A DNA stretch of 55,941 nucleotides from a virus (IMGVR_UViG_3300021087_000017:1-55941), one strand, 5' to 3'. Shown: positions 8,793 to 17,809, counted from the first letter of the stretch. Numbers and translations: made by a program. The notes: a model not told the origin generated them from the sequence alone.

Positions 8793-10346
8793 TTAATACC
8801 CAAATGTTGCATCTGCAGGTGTGTATCCTTTAGTTAATAGGCTAGCATCAAAATCAAATATGTTAAATCTTGGTCTTGTCATTACACCATAGCGTAGTGC
8901 ATCGTATAAATGATCTTCTGATTTTGTGTCTACATCTTCAGAATTATTCTTATCTAATGGAATGGACGGTAATTGTGATATAAGATTTACACAGTTACTA
9001 AAAAATACTAGCCTTGGTTCTTCTGTAAAATCATCTACCTGTAAACGTCTATGTATTTCGTTTTTACCAGATACTCGACTACCTTTACTTCTATCTGATG
9101 GACGCCATCTACAGCCTTTCATAATCATTTGTTCAGCTAGGCTAGGTCCGGTATCACCTCTTTTGTGCCACAAGGAACTATCTAATACTCCATACTTAAT
9201 TGTACCATCGCCCTGTTCCATATCTAAAACCATGTCTGCTAAATCTGTAGCTAAAACTTTAGATACATACAACTCTCTATAAACAATTAATTGTTCATCT
9301 GGTGAAACCGTAAACCAGACTACTGCACTGTATGAGCCATACCCGTAATCACATGCTCTAAACTTAACCCAGTTAGAAGGAACATCAAAGGGTTCAATTA
9401 CATGTATCTCTCTATTAAACTCTGTAAAGGCTGCACCTTCTTTTATATCCCAATCACCATTTAACAATTGCCGTCTTTGCTGTTCTGGCAGAGACAGAAG
9501 CATCGCTTCATAATCACCTGACTCTGATAAGTAAGGATTATCCGCTAAACTAGCAGGTATAAATTTACGTTTAAATAAAGCAACTCCCTCTTTACTGTGC
9601 CCTTCAGGATAAAGCATTGGATTACCTGTCTCAATATCTGTGGCATTAAATGCTTTATTTGGTACAGCAGGATCAATAAACATTTTTTTAACCCAGCCGT
9701 GCCCCCTACCTCCGGGGTTAGTAGTTGCCCTCATATAGATAGGCAAATCGGGAGCAGTGGATCGTAGACGAGAACGCATGTAATTCCAAGCAAATGGAGT
9801 AGACCATTGTGTCAACTCATCAAAGCCTATCCAGCTAAACGCTAGACCCTGATAACGCGCTACATCTTCGTCTCTATCTAAGTAAGACATCCATAGACGC
9901 GCACCAGATGGCGCGACCCACTGCATCTTTCTTTCTGACCACTTAATTCCCGGCCAGATTTGCGGATACAGTTCCTGCGACTTAAATATTAGCTCTCTTA
10001 GTTCTTCCGTTGTATGGCGTAATAGTAAGCCGCTAAAGCTAGGATGACCCATATAGCGTAATGGATCAGCTAACATCGCATATGATTTACCACCTCCTGC
10101 TGCGCCTCCGTATAGTACTTCTCTTTCACCTGCAGCTAAAAATTCGGTCTGTGGTCCCTCATTAGGTTTAAAGATAACAACATGTGTATCTTCTATTGAG
10201 TCTTTTTTATCTATATGTATCTTACTCTGCTGTGCTTCTTGCACCCGTTCTTTCTTCTTCGATGGCTTGCGCTTTGAGGATTGCCTTTTCCGCATAGTCT
10301 GCCCATCTGCGGAGGCTTGTAGCTTGATCTTTACGCTGTCGCTCAT
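8793..10346 (-). CDS. terL: Terminase large subunit (start uncertain)
   Basis: Walker A YGGAAGGGKS, Walker B IGFDE, coupling motif ATTNPGG, nuclease DYGY and EDHLYDALRY. Confidence 0.95.
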   Translation of the reverse strand: MSDSVKIKLQASADGQTMRKRQSSKRKPSKKKERVQEAQQSKIHIDKKDSIEDTHVVIFKPNEGPQTEFLAAGEREVLYGGAAGGGKSYAMLADPLRYMGHPSFSGLLLRHTTEELRELIFKSQELYPQIWPGIKWSERKMQWVAPSGARLWMSYLDRDEDVARYQGLAFSWIGFDELTQWSTPFAWNYMRSRLRSTAPDLPIYMRATTNPGGRGHGWVKKMFIDPAVPNKAFNATDIETGNPMLYPEGHSKEGVALFKRKFIPASLADNPYLSESGDYEAMLLSLPEQQRRQLLNGDWDIKEGAAFTEFNREIHVIEPFDVPSNWVKFRACDYGYGSYSAVVWFTVSPDEQLIVYRELYVSKVLATDLADMVLDMEQGDGTIKYGVLDSSLWHKRGDTGPSLAEQMIMKGCRWRPSDRSKGSRVSGKNEIHRRLQVDDFTEEPRLVFFSNCVNLISQLPSIPLDKNNSEDVDTKSEDHLYDALRYGVMTRPRFNIFDFDASLLTKGYTPADATFGY

Positions 10347-10626
10347 GGGCTAATCTTTTCCTTAATCCTACATGCGAAATATAGCGTCCTGTGCGGGTAC
10401 TTAACCAGTTAGCTACTTCTCTATACGAGTATTGCTTTATATACTTTCTAGCTTGTTCTATTGCCTCTAATTCTATGGTTATAGGTAGCAATAAGTCCTT
10501 ATCTTCTGCATCTAGCACGTATCCAAAGGGAATTGTTCTAGCAATTCGTGGTATCTTTAACCATTCGCCCTCTTTTTTTAAATCAGTAGGCTGTGGTAAT
10601 TTCCAAACGCCTATTTCTCTAGTCAT
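10222..10626 (-). CDS. Putative DNA-binding protein resembling the recombinase DNA-binding domain
   Basis: IPFGY motif followed by helix-turn-helix-like SYREVANWLS...ISHVGLRKRL; lies between TerS and TerL. Confidence 0.55.
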   Translation of the reverse strand: MTREIGVWKLPQPTDLKKEGEWLKIPRIARTIPFGYVLDAEDKDLLLPITIELEAIEQARKYIKQYSYREVANWLSTRTGRYISHVGLRKRLAHERQRKDQATSLRRWADYAEKAILKAQAIEEERTGARSTAE

Positions 10627-10990
10627 CGTCCGAAGTATTTTTAGCAGGTAGTAGCATTATACCACCAGAACTCTCTACTTGCAACTTTTCAGTTTTAACT
10701 AGCCCACTTCGATCCAATAATTCTTTTGCTGCAGACATTTTTTCCTTTATACCTAGTTCTGTTGGGTCTGTAATGCCACTAACCATAGCCATAGCTGCTC
10801 TAGGAGCGTTACGAGCCATGAATAACTGCGTAGCATCTAGTACTTCGTCCCGTAGTCCCCGAATAATCTCTGTAGTACTGGTACTTTCCGCATATCCAGC
10901 TAGTAATTTAGCTTTTACTACGTCACCACCGGCTTCATCAAAGAGTACAGAGAGGAAAGAGGACTGTTTTTCTGTTAAATTCTTGCTCAT
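10619..10990 (-). CDS. Putative terminase small subunit
   Basis: LTEKQxxF...A..LAGYA N-terminal HTH pattern and AAKELLDR; upstream of TerL. Confidence 0.65.
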   Translation of the reverse strand: MSKNLTEKQSSFLSVLFDEAGGDVVKAKLLAGYAESTSTTEIIRGLRDEVLDATQLFMARNAPRAAMAMVSGITDPTELGIKEKMSAAKELLDRSGLVKTEKLQVESSGGIMLLPAKNTSDDD

Positions 10991-11172
10991 TTTATTCTAC
11001 CTTTTTCTTAGGTTTATCTTCAATACTACCATATCTACTTATCATCCAAGAACAACAATCAAACTTAAATAATCCTTCTGTTGCATATATACGCATATTA
11101 ATTAATATACCGTAGACACTAAAAATTAGTAAGACTGCTGCTATTATACTATATGAGGTTTTCTTACCCACT

Positions 11173-11616
11173 TTATTTCATCCTTGTAGCCGTGCCACCA
11201 TTACGATAATCTTTGTGCCCATGTCGATACTTCGGACCTATGAGTGCACCCTTTGCTGCACCTTTACGCTTTTTAGGTGGCGTAGTTAATTCAGGCCCCG
11301 TAGCTTTTTTCATCCTAATTTGCTTTTCAGCCTTTGCTACACGAGCTAAATACTCCTCTTCTGACATATCTAGGCCGTATTTTTTCTTCATTGTAGTATT
11401 AAACCACTTCGTAAATTTTGGGCCAAGTTTTTGGTCTGACCCATATTGTTTACTACTCCGGGAGGTATAAAAAGTTTTTGCGCCCATGTAATCGCCAGTC
11501 TTCTTATCATAAAATTTTGCTGGAATAAGACCGGCATCTTTATATGCCTTTATATCAATAGTATCTTCCATATGTCTTGCTTCCGCAGTTTTGGCTCTCT
11601 TTTTCTTTACTGCCAT
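11173..11616 (-). CDS. Lys-rich basic protein with GHKDYRNGG tail motif
   Basis: AAAGGG RBS; shares its C-terminal motif with neighbouring basic proteins. Confidence 0.65.
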   Translation of the reverse strand: MAVKKKRAKTAEARHMEDTIDIKAYKDAGLIPAKFYDKKTGDYMGAKTFYTSRSSKQYGSDQKLGPKFTKWFNTTMKKKYGLDMSEEEYLARVAKAEKQIRMKKATGPELTTPPKKRKGAAKGALIGPKYRHGHKDYRNGGTATRMK

Positions 11617-11634
11617 TTTAACTATCCCTTTTCT

Positions 11635-12120
11635 TTAATATATATATGTACCATGCTGCATAGAATTAGCTAATTTAATTGCTCTTGTTTTTACTTGTCT
11701 TGCCCACCTAGAATCTAGCATCTCTTCTGCTGCTTTATAATAATCGTGTTGTTCTAATGCGGCCCACATATTAATAAACTTACACAGTCTAGGTACACCC
11801 ATGTTAAATGCCATATCCATTAATACTAATTGTCTTATAACACCTATGTCATTAGTGATAGGCTTTACTTTAAATAATTCTTTTTCTACGATAGCAATAT
11901 CATTTTTTAAAAGAAAGTGTGCATCTTTTTCTGTAATACCATTTTCATAAACTTCTTCTATGGTTTTATTCAATATACCTAATTCAAACTTTGATATACC
12001 TCTGTCTTTAAGATTTCTTCCAATTCCGATTGTATCAATACCTAAGCTATCTTTATATACATTTAGAATGATACCTTCATGTATTGTAAGCTGCTTAATT
12101 AAAATATCTTCATTGAACAC
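11635..12120 (-). CDS. Endolysin, T4-lysozyme-like (GH24)
   Basis: HEG....YKDSLGIDTIGIGRNL catalytic pattern, MAFNMG, AAEEMLDSRWARQV. Confidence 0.9.
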   Translation of the reverse strand: MFNEDILIKQLTIHEGIILNVYKDSLGIDTIGIGRNLKDRGISKFELGILNKTIEEVYENGITEKDAHFLLKNDIAIVEKELFKVKPITNDIGVIRQLVLMDMAFNMGVPRLCKFINMWAALEQHDYYKAAEEMLDSRWARQVKTRAIKLANSMQHGTYIY

Positions 12121-12450
12121 TTATTTCTTTCTCCGCACCTTTGATACAGGAGAGGGAGCTTTCCCTACGTATAAACCAAAGAATGCTGCACCAGCACCTA
12201 CTATAGTAGAAATAAAAGCTGCTTGTGCATTAGTAGGATCAGTCAAGGCCATGAACCATGTAGTAGATTGATAGAAAGCATAAATGTAAGCCAGCATAAT
12301 AAGGCGAGGTACAGTGCGAAAGCTATCCAGTACCATAGCTACTTTACCATACCACGTAGAAACTTCATCCTCTGTATCGGGTACCAGATCAGAAACAGCA
12401 AGTTCATACTCTTTGGTAGTCTCGACTACTTTTACTTTATCTTTCGCCAT
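12121..12450 (-). CDS. Holin-like membrane protein (2 TM)
   Basis: Two hydrophobic segments and a basic C-terminal tail; adjacent to the endolysin. Confidence 0.65.
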   Translation of the reverse strand: MAKDKVKVVETTKEYELAVSDLVPDTEDEVSTWYGKVAMVLDSFRTVPRLIMLAYIYAFYQSTTWFMALTDPTNAQAAFISTIVGAGAAFFGLYVGKAPSPVSKVRRKK

Positions 12451-12463
12451 TTATTTTCTTTCC

Positions 12464-12763
12464 TTATTTTTTAGCAAAGGCAGAACCAGTTAAGATAGCT
12501 CCGAATGCTAAGTGGAATAGGCCCCCTCCCATAAGAGTAAAGGGATTATGTTGACCTGTAAGTTTTTTCATTAGTTCCATTTGCACCATAGGTTCAGAAG
12601 TGCTATTGATAATATCCATAAATAAACTTATATCCGGGCGATTAATACCATACCATATAGGCACAAACATAAAATCATAAAAGCATATTAGTAGATATAT
12701 TATAAGTGCTGTCCATCGCCATGTCATTGTGGCTTTTTCGTGTGCTGTTAATGTATCTTCCAT
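12464..12763 (-). CDS. Membrane protein, holin-like
   Basis: WRW...YLLICFYDF...PFTLMGGGLFHLAFGAIL; two hydrophobic segments in the lysis cluster. Confidence 0.6.
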   Translation of the reverse strand: MEDTLTAHEKATMTWRWTALIIYLLICFYDFMFVPIWYGINRPDISLFMDIINSTSEPMVQMELMKKLTGQHNPFTLMGGGLFHLAFGAILTGSAFAKK

Positions 12764-12868
12764 TTAAATACAAGGAGCAACACATCGCATGTCATTTGTT
12801 AGCATTATTATAGCCACAACACTTATAACTATGATAGCTAATATACTTGCTACCTTTTTAAAACTCAT
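12764..12868 (-). CDS. Small single-TM peptide (34 aa, not in ORF track)
   Basis: MSFKKVASILAIIVISVVAIIMLTNDMRCVAPCI fills the gap between two lysis-cluster genes. Confidence 0.5.
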   Translation of the reverse strand: MSFKKVASILAIIVISVVAIIMLTNDMRCVAPCI

Positions 12869-12870
12869 TG

Positions 12871-13254
12871 CTATTTCTTTCCAAAAAACTTAGTAGCACC
12901 CCGTACACCGAATGAGGCAGCTATAATAACACCTAAACTATACTGATACCATTCCGGCATAGTTTCTAGTTGAGCAAAGCCACTCTGTACAATATGTTCT
13001 GCACCGGGAACAAAAGCTAGAATTAATGGTATAGAAAATAGAATTACTAGCCACTCATCTTTCCAGCTATTCTGTGATCCTTTGATTGCCTCTAAGTCCC
13101 AATCAATTTCACCAGTAGCTTGCTTCTCCATGATAGTTGCTTTAGCCTTAGCTTCGGCAACCTTGACTTCGTTGTTTGCTTTTGATGCAGCTACCCGTCC
13201 TTCTAAAAAGGTATTAGCTAAACTGGCAACTGGGCCTATTAGCGCACCTAACAT
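12871..13254 (-). CDS. Holin, 3TM/GTA-holin-like
   Basis: SWKDEW...PLILAFVP...PEWYQY...IAASFGVRG pattern. Confidence 0.7.
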   Translation of the reverse strand: MLGALIGPVASLANTFLEGRVAASKANNEVKVAEAKAKATIMEKQATGEIDWDLEAIKGSQNSWKDEWLVILFSIPLILAFVPGAEHIVQSGFAQLETMPEWYQYSLGVIIAASFGVRGATKFFGKK

Positions 13255-13425
13255 TATTCATTAAACCTAAGTTCATCAGCATGTTGCTGCGCCATGTGTA
13301 GCGCCTTCTTATGTTTATTATGAAACATGATATTAACCCAACCAAAAGGTTTAGCCAAAGCTAGATACACTTTGGTTTTGCATTTATAGTACATGATTTT
13401 AATTTTAATATGCATATTCAATACC

Positions 13426-13737
13426 TTATAATTTAGAATCTTTTTTCTTGGGAGTAACGTGTGATGAAGATTCTCCTCCAGACACAACACATGTTATATT
13501 TCTTTCCATGTCATAAAAAGCAATTGTCCACCCTCCTGTTTCGGGGTTCTCATACAGGAAAGTAAGTTGTTGCGTTTTGTCAGTTTTATTAGTAATTCCT
13601 ACCCATACTTTCTCTTCTTTAAAAGTAGTTGATAAATACTCATCTATTTCTTCAGGAGATGCACAAGGTGCAGAAACAGCGTAAGAAGCGGAAGCAATTA
13701 CGCATAGTAGGATACTTAATATGAATGTTTTAAACAT
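13426..13737 (-). CDS. Secreted/periplasmic small protein
   Basis: N-terminal signal-peptide-like segment, then two Cys and the motif YENPETGGWT. Confidence 0.6.
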   Translation of the reverse strand: MFKTFILSILLCVIASASYAVSAPCASPEEIDEYLSTTFKEEKVWVGITNKTDKTQQLTFLYENPETGGWTIAFYDMERNITCVVSGGESSSHVTPKKKDSKL

Positions 13738-13822
13738 TTTAAATATTATCCAATTTTAATTGTTTTTCTACTCCTACGCTTTTCTTTTAGAAAGCTAATA
13801 CTAATAGTATAATTGTAAATAT

Positions 13823-13851
13823 AATATAGCATTTTATTACACGATTGTCAA
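13823..13851 (-). promoter_or_regulatory. Sigma70-type promoter upstream of the lysis cluster
   Basis: Minus strand TTGACA-N17-TATATT with a TGn extended -10. Confidence 0.6.
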
Positions 13852-13862
13852 GTCTTTTTTTT

Positions 13863-14138
13863 TTACCATTTAACTTTATTAGCCCAATATGCAGCACTGA
13901 GTTTTCCTCTTTTAATATTAGCTGCATGTCTGGCTTTGAATGATTTACGTCTAGCTTTATTCTTAGAAGTTGAGGGATTCTTACCTGCCCCACTTACTCC
14001 CTGCTGACCAAAGCGTATTGTCTTTACGGTACTTCCTACTTTAGCTACAACAACGTGAGATTTAGTAGGATGCTTAGGAGTGCGCTTTGGTTTATTATAA
14101 CCCGACACTCCTATGCGTTTTAGTATACTGTCAGACAC
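13863..14138 (-). CDS. Basic phage protein (KSFKARH...AAYWANKVKW type); likely GTG start at 14138
   Basis: The ORF-track start at 14207 overlaps the Cys-rich peptide; the GTG at 14138 overlaps that peptide's end (GTGTCTGA). Confidence 0.7.
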   Translation of the reverse strand: MSDSILKRIGVSGYNKPKRTPKHPTKSHVVVAKVGSTVKTIRFGQQGVSGAGKNPSTSKNKARRKSFKARHAANIKRGKLSAAYWANKVKW

Positions 14139-14256
14139 TCCAGCCTTCTTCAGCTTCTTCCATAGGTACTCTGACGCACTCACACATTTCAGGAGTACAG
14201 TTTTCACAAGAACAATCTTCTGGGCATTGATTGCAAGTACAGTTTTTACATGCCAT
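14131..14256 (-). CDS. Metallothionein-like Cys-rich peptide (41 aa, not in ORF track)
   Basis: MACKNCTCNQCPEDCSCENCTPEMCECVRVPMEEAEEGWSV; AAGGAG RBS upstream; tightly packed between neighbouring genes. Confidence 0.7.
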   Translation of the reverse strand: MACKNCTCNQCPEDCSCENCTPEMCECVRVPMEEAEEGWSV

Positions 14257-14267
14257 ATTAATTCTCC

Positions 14268-14417
14268 TTATTTCTTTTTTGACTTATTATTATTATTTTT
14301 ATTATGGAATAAACCACCCTTACGATAGTCAGTATGACTCATTTTCTTTTTAGCTGTGGCAGCAGCTTTATAACCCGCCTTTGTATACGGGTAGTGTTTA
14401 TCTCCTACTTGTGGCAT
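14268..14417 (-). CDS. Small basic peptide with HTDYRKGG motif (49 aa, not in ORF track)
   Basis: MPQVGDKHYPYTKAGYKAAATAKKKMSHTDYRKGGLFHNKNNNNKSKKK; TAATG-coupled to the upstream gene. Confidence 0.7.
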   Translation of the reverse strand: MPQVGDKHYPYTKAGYKAAATAKKKMSHTDYRKGGLFHNKNNNNKSKKK

Positions 14418-15250
14418 TAGTAAAACATCCCTCCTTTACGGTAGTCTTTATGTCCAGTTTTAATTATTCCACCCCTATTATTTTTCCGGGGTCGTCTAGG
14501 ATTTGGTGTAAATATTTCCGGTCCACCATGTCCTCTGGGTTGACCCATAGACCTTCTACGAGCCATCTTGGGTTGGCTAGCATCTTCCGCTATAGCCTGT
14601 CTTACAGCTTGTGTAGTAGGTCGCTTATTTAATGCTTGTCTTGCCTCAAAATTTCGTACCGCTGTTTCTATTTGATTAGGAGTCATACCCTCAGAAATCA
14701 CTCCTGTTTCAAGCATTTCAGCATAATCATCTCTTTCATTTAACCTACGTCTTTTCTGGGCTTCTGATTTATTTTGTCTACTTTTTATACTCCTACCTGC
14801 TTGTGCTTCAGCAGATGCAGCATCTTCTGCATCATAACGTCTTAGCTGTGCCCAATCTCTTTTACTGAGGGTTCCAGCTTTTCTCTTTGCTTCAAGTTTA
14901 ATAATATTATTTGCTCTTTTTCTTGTAGCTGCAGTTTGCTGTTCTTTAGTAAAACCTTGTGCACGAGAACCAGCACCAGTACTAACTCGCTCTCCTTTAG
15001 TACCAACTCCACGAGCTACGTCAAAAGAACCTTCTGTATCTGGATCAAGAGCAGCACCTTCTGCCTCTGCATTTTTACTAGGTACCCCTTTTTGAGCGGG
15101 CATATCACCCTCGTGTTCTTTTTTCCTAGCAGCTAATGCATCTACCCTAGCCTTTTCTTCAGCCTTAGCAGCCCTATTTTTATTTTTCCTTCTTGTCGCC
15201 CAGCCTTTTTTAGCTGCAGCCCTCCGCGACAAAGCTGTTATTATACCCAT
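14417..15250 (-). CDS. Arg/Lys/Ala-rich basic protein ending GHKDYRKGGMFY
   Basis: AAGG RBS; colinear with the late operon. Confidence 0.7.
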   Translation of the reverse strand: MGIITALSRRAAAKKGWATRRKNKNRAAKAEEKARVDALAARKKEHEGDMPAQKGVPSKNAEAEGAALDPDTEGSFDVARGVGTKGERVSTGAGSRAQGFTKEQQTAATRKRANNIIKLEAKRKAGTLSKRDWAQLRRYDAEDAASAEAQAGRSIKSRQNKSEAQKRRRLNERDDYAEMLETGVISEGMTPNQIETAVRNFEARQALNKRPTTQAVRQAIAEDASQPKMARRRSMGQPRGHGGPEIFTPNPRRPRKNNRGGIIKTGHKDYRKGGMFY

Positions 15251-15274
15251 GTTTATTTACCTTTTATTTCTTAA

Positions 15275-15802
15275 CTACTTACGAATGCTACGTTTTTTAG
15301 CTAGGCCACCCCTATTCATTACCATACCAGTTTTAGGATCATATTTACGCTGACCAGAATCCATAAGATACTTCATATTCTCCTCTGTACTTTTTTTCTC
15401 TTTAGAAGATTTAGAAGTAGCTTTCTTTTTTGGTGTACCATACACCGTTTTTTTAGCTGTTGGCGTTGCTTTAGCCTCAGCTTCTGCTCTCGCTGCCGCA
15501 GCTTTACCCCTAGGAGAATTTTTAAATTTCGTCGCATTGGCTTTTCTTTGTTTAGCCAACATAACTTTATTTTGTTTAGCCAACTTCTGATCCCGCAGTG
15601 CCTCCGCCGCATTTCTAGCTTCTGCTTTTTTTGCCGCAGCTTTGTATTCAGGAGATTTTTTATATTTAGCTGCTTTGGCTTTTTTATTTTTACCATTAGT
15701 AGGTGGTTTTTTACCGCCGCCAGCCGCTGCTGCTTTAACAGGTTTTTTCTTTTTCCTTGCCGCTGCACCGGCTATTTTAGCTAACCCTTTAAGTATACCC
15801 AT
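15275..15802 (-). CDS. Lys/Ala-rich protein of histone-H1-like composition
   Basis: Very K/A-rich; ends MNRGGLAKKRSIRK. Confidence 0.7.
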   Translation of the reverse strand: MGILKGLAKIAGAAARKKKKPVKAAAAGGGKKPPTNGKNKKAKAAKYKKSPEYKAAAKKAEARNAAEALRDQKLAKQNKVMLAKQRKANATKFKNSPRGKAAAARAEAEAKATPTAKKTVYGTPKKKATSKSSKEKKSTEENMKYLMDSGQRKYDPKTGMVMNRGGLAKKRSIRK

Positions 15803-15803
15803 C

Positions 15804-16010
15804 TTAAATCATTCCTTCTAATTTTAAGGCGCTCTCTACGTGCGCTAATGTATAACGAACACCTGTGTCCGCCTCTATAGCTGCTCTCACGTAGAATACA
15901 TCACTCTGTGGTATGTGTAACTTATCAAAGGAGCCAGCATGAGCAGCCACATAGAAATCTTCTAATACAGTTTCTGTAGCTGTAGGGTATAGTTTTACTG
16001 ATTTTTTCAT
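15804..16010 (-). CDS. Small hypothetical protein, first gene of the late arm (ATG at 16010 preferred)
   Basis: MKKSVKLYP...HIPQSDVFYVRAAIEADTG...LEGMI; abuts the next gene. Confidence 0.6.
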   Translation of the reverse strand: MKKSVKLYPTATETVLEDFYVAAHAGSFDKLHIPQSDVFYVRAAIEADTGVRYTLAHVESALKLEGMI

Positions 16011-16108
16011 AAATGTCAATCTTTTTTTCTACAAATATAAAAATAATTATATATTAAGTATACTCACTTAATATGTAATAAACGATTTTTATTTTAGGGG
16101 GGATTAGG

Positions 16109-16194
16109 TATCACTTAAAGTGATCACTTCAGTGTTTCTTTTCTAGTATTTTTTAATTTTTTGAAAACATCTAAGTGAATCACTTAAAGTGACT
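16109..16194. repeat. Nested CACTT/AAGTG palindromes forming a long inverted repeat
   Basis: tcacttaaagtga occurs twice, with further cactt/aagtg half-sites and tgtttc/gaaaaca arms. Confidence 0.8.
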
Positions 16195-16199
16195 GTACT

Positions 16200-16228
16200 G
16201 TTATACCACCTTTTAGTTACCTTGTCAA
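16200..16228 (-). promoter_or_regulatory. Sigma70-type promoter heading the late arm
   Basis: Minus strand TTGACA-N17-TATAAC with a TGn extended -10. Confidence 0.75.
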
Positions 16229-16871
16229 GATAAAAATACATAATATATAAATTATTTTAATTAGAGGATATAAATTTATATTAATACATATCTCTCATTA
16301 CTAGGACGTTTTCATCGCACACTAGTCATATACGCGAGAACAGTTATCTTCGTGGTTAACAGTCTCATTTTCCTGATCTGTGTACGTATGTGTATATAAT
16401 AACGCACGGGTGCCGGGTGGCCCACGCCCCGCCCGTGACATGATGCGCGTGAGGGCTGCGCGCCGATCCCGCTACATTGTGAGCGTATGTGCCTCACGAC
16501 CTGCCACATAATACGTGATAAGGCGTTGCATTATGAGCATATTATACCGATGGGCAAACTGAATGTGTAACAGTTACCCCGATAATCTGGCCTTGTGAAG
16601 TCAAGCATTTGCGGCGAGGTCAAACCAACGATGCCGATGCATAATTAGTTAACCCCAACATTGGGCTAAAATACCCTACCCCCCTCTCTTACCTGCTACC
16701 TCGTGCGAAGCTACGCTTTCCCGCGAAGTTCGCGCTAAGAGTGGAATAGCTAAATCAATCCCAATCAGCCCTTGACACCGAACTGCTAACCCCTTACGTT
16801 GTTCTTACGTGATTTCACTCTCAAACGTAGTGAGAGAGTTAAATCACTTAGAACAACTAGGAGAACGTACA

Positions 16872-17462
16872 ATGACCACCGAAACCACCACCACCGAAAT
16901 CATCGTCAGCCTTGACCTACAAGCCGAAGGCAAAGCCTTGGCAGACATCAACTCGAAACGTGAGAGCAAAGCTCGCCGTGATTTCCATAAGGACATCGCC
17001 GTTGGCACCGAAGATACCGTAGGTGGCTTTGATGTCCGGCTTGGCAATCTCATGGTTGAGCTTCGCTCTGATATGGCAGAGGGAGAACGCATCTCAACGA
17101 AGTTGATTAAGGCGGCAAACATCGCTTCGATCCCATCACAACGTAGAAGCGAAGCTTTGCGGTTAGTGACCCAACGGGATGCAATCGACACCTTCCTAAA
17201 GGAAACCGGCAGCAAGTTCACCTCGCTTACAGCGATGTTTGCAGCTATCGACAAACAAGCGAAGCTCGATGCAGCGGATGACACCGAAAGCGATGGCGAC
17301 GGCGAAGAAGAAGCCGTTGATGCAGAAGCACCAGCCCCTACACTAGACGATATCGTTGCGGCTTTCGTTGCCAAGGTAACCGACAACGGCTTCTCAATGG
17401 AAGAAGCGATGGACATGGTGATGGCGAAGCTTTCCGGCGATGACGTAGCGGTCGCCGCCTAA
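16872..17462 (+). CDS. First early gene; hypothetical protein with acidic C-terminal linker
   Basis: AGGAGA RBS before the ATG at 16872; GC-richer codons than the late arm. Confidence 0.75.
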   Translation: MTTETTTTEIIVSLDLQAEGKALADINSKRESKARRDFHKDIAVGTEDTVGGFDVRLGNLMVELRSDMAEGERISTKLIKAANIASIPSQRRSEALRLVTQRDAIDTFLKETGSKFTSLTAMFAAIDKQAKLDAADDTESDGDGEEEAVDAEAPAPTLDDIVAAFVAKVTDNGFSMEEAMDMVMAKLSGDDVAVAA

Positions 17463-17557
17463 TGACCCACTTGGGGATACCACGTGAAGCAATTTGCGTG
17501 GTATCACCAAGTCGATCATTTAACCCCAACCTTGGGCCTAACTTAGGGAGTTACATC

Positions 17558-17776
17558 ATGGCACACAAAAAGACCCGCATGTTCAAGCTTACGCCGCATA
17601 TAGGCAATGCGTGGAACCGCATAGAGCAAGACCCGGATACGGACATGCAAGCGGTCATGGACATGACGCATAGGGCGGATATGCATAATGAACGGGCCAT
17701 GCAGGATTGGGAGCGCCAGCAGATGGTGGCACGTATGCAAGCCAAGCTTGCTCAATTCAAACAAGCAATGAAATAA
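17558..17776 (+). CDS. Early hypothetical protein (72 aa)
   Basis: ATG follows repeat copy 2 and its AGGGAG RBS; the stop codon lies inside repeat copy 3. Confidence 0.65.
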   Translation: MAHKKTRMFKLTPHIGNAWNRIEQDPDTDMQAVMDMTHRADMHNERAMQDWERQQMVARMQAKLAQFKQAMK

Positions 17777-17809
17777 CCCCAACATTGGGCTAAACTAGGG
17801 AGTTACATT

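Noticed and set aside
13863-14207. ORF-track start at 14207
   Set aside because: It overlaps the better-supported Cys-rich peptide; the coupled GTG at 14138 fits better.
16020-16870. tRNA or other known ncRNA in the large intergenic region
   Set aside because: No cloverleaf or T-loop consensus found by eye; tRNAscan-SE and Infernal would be needed to exclude it fully.
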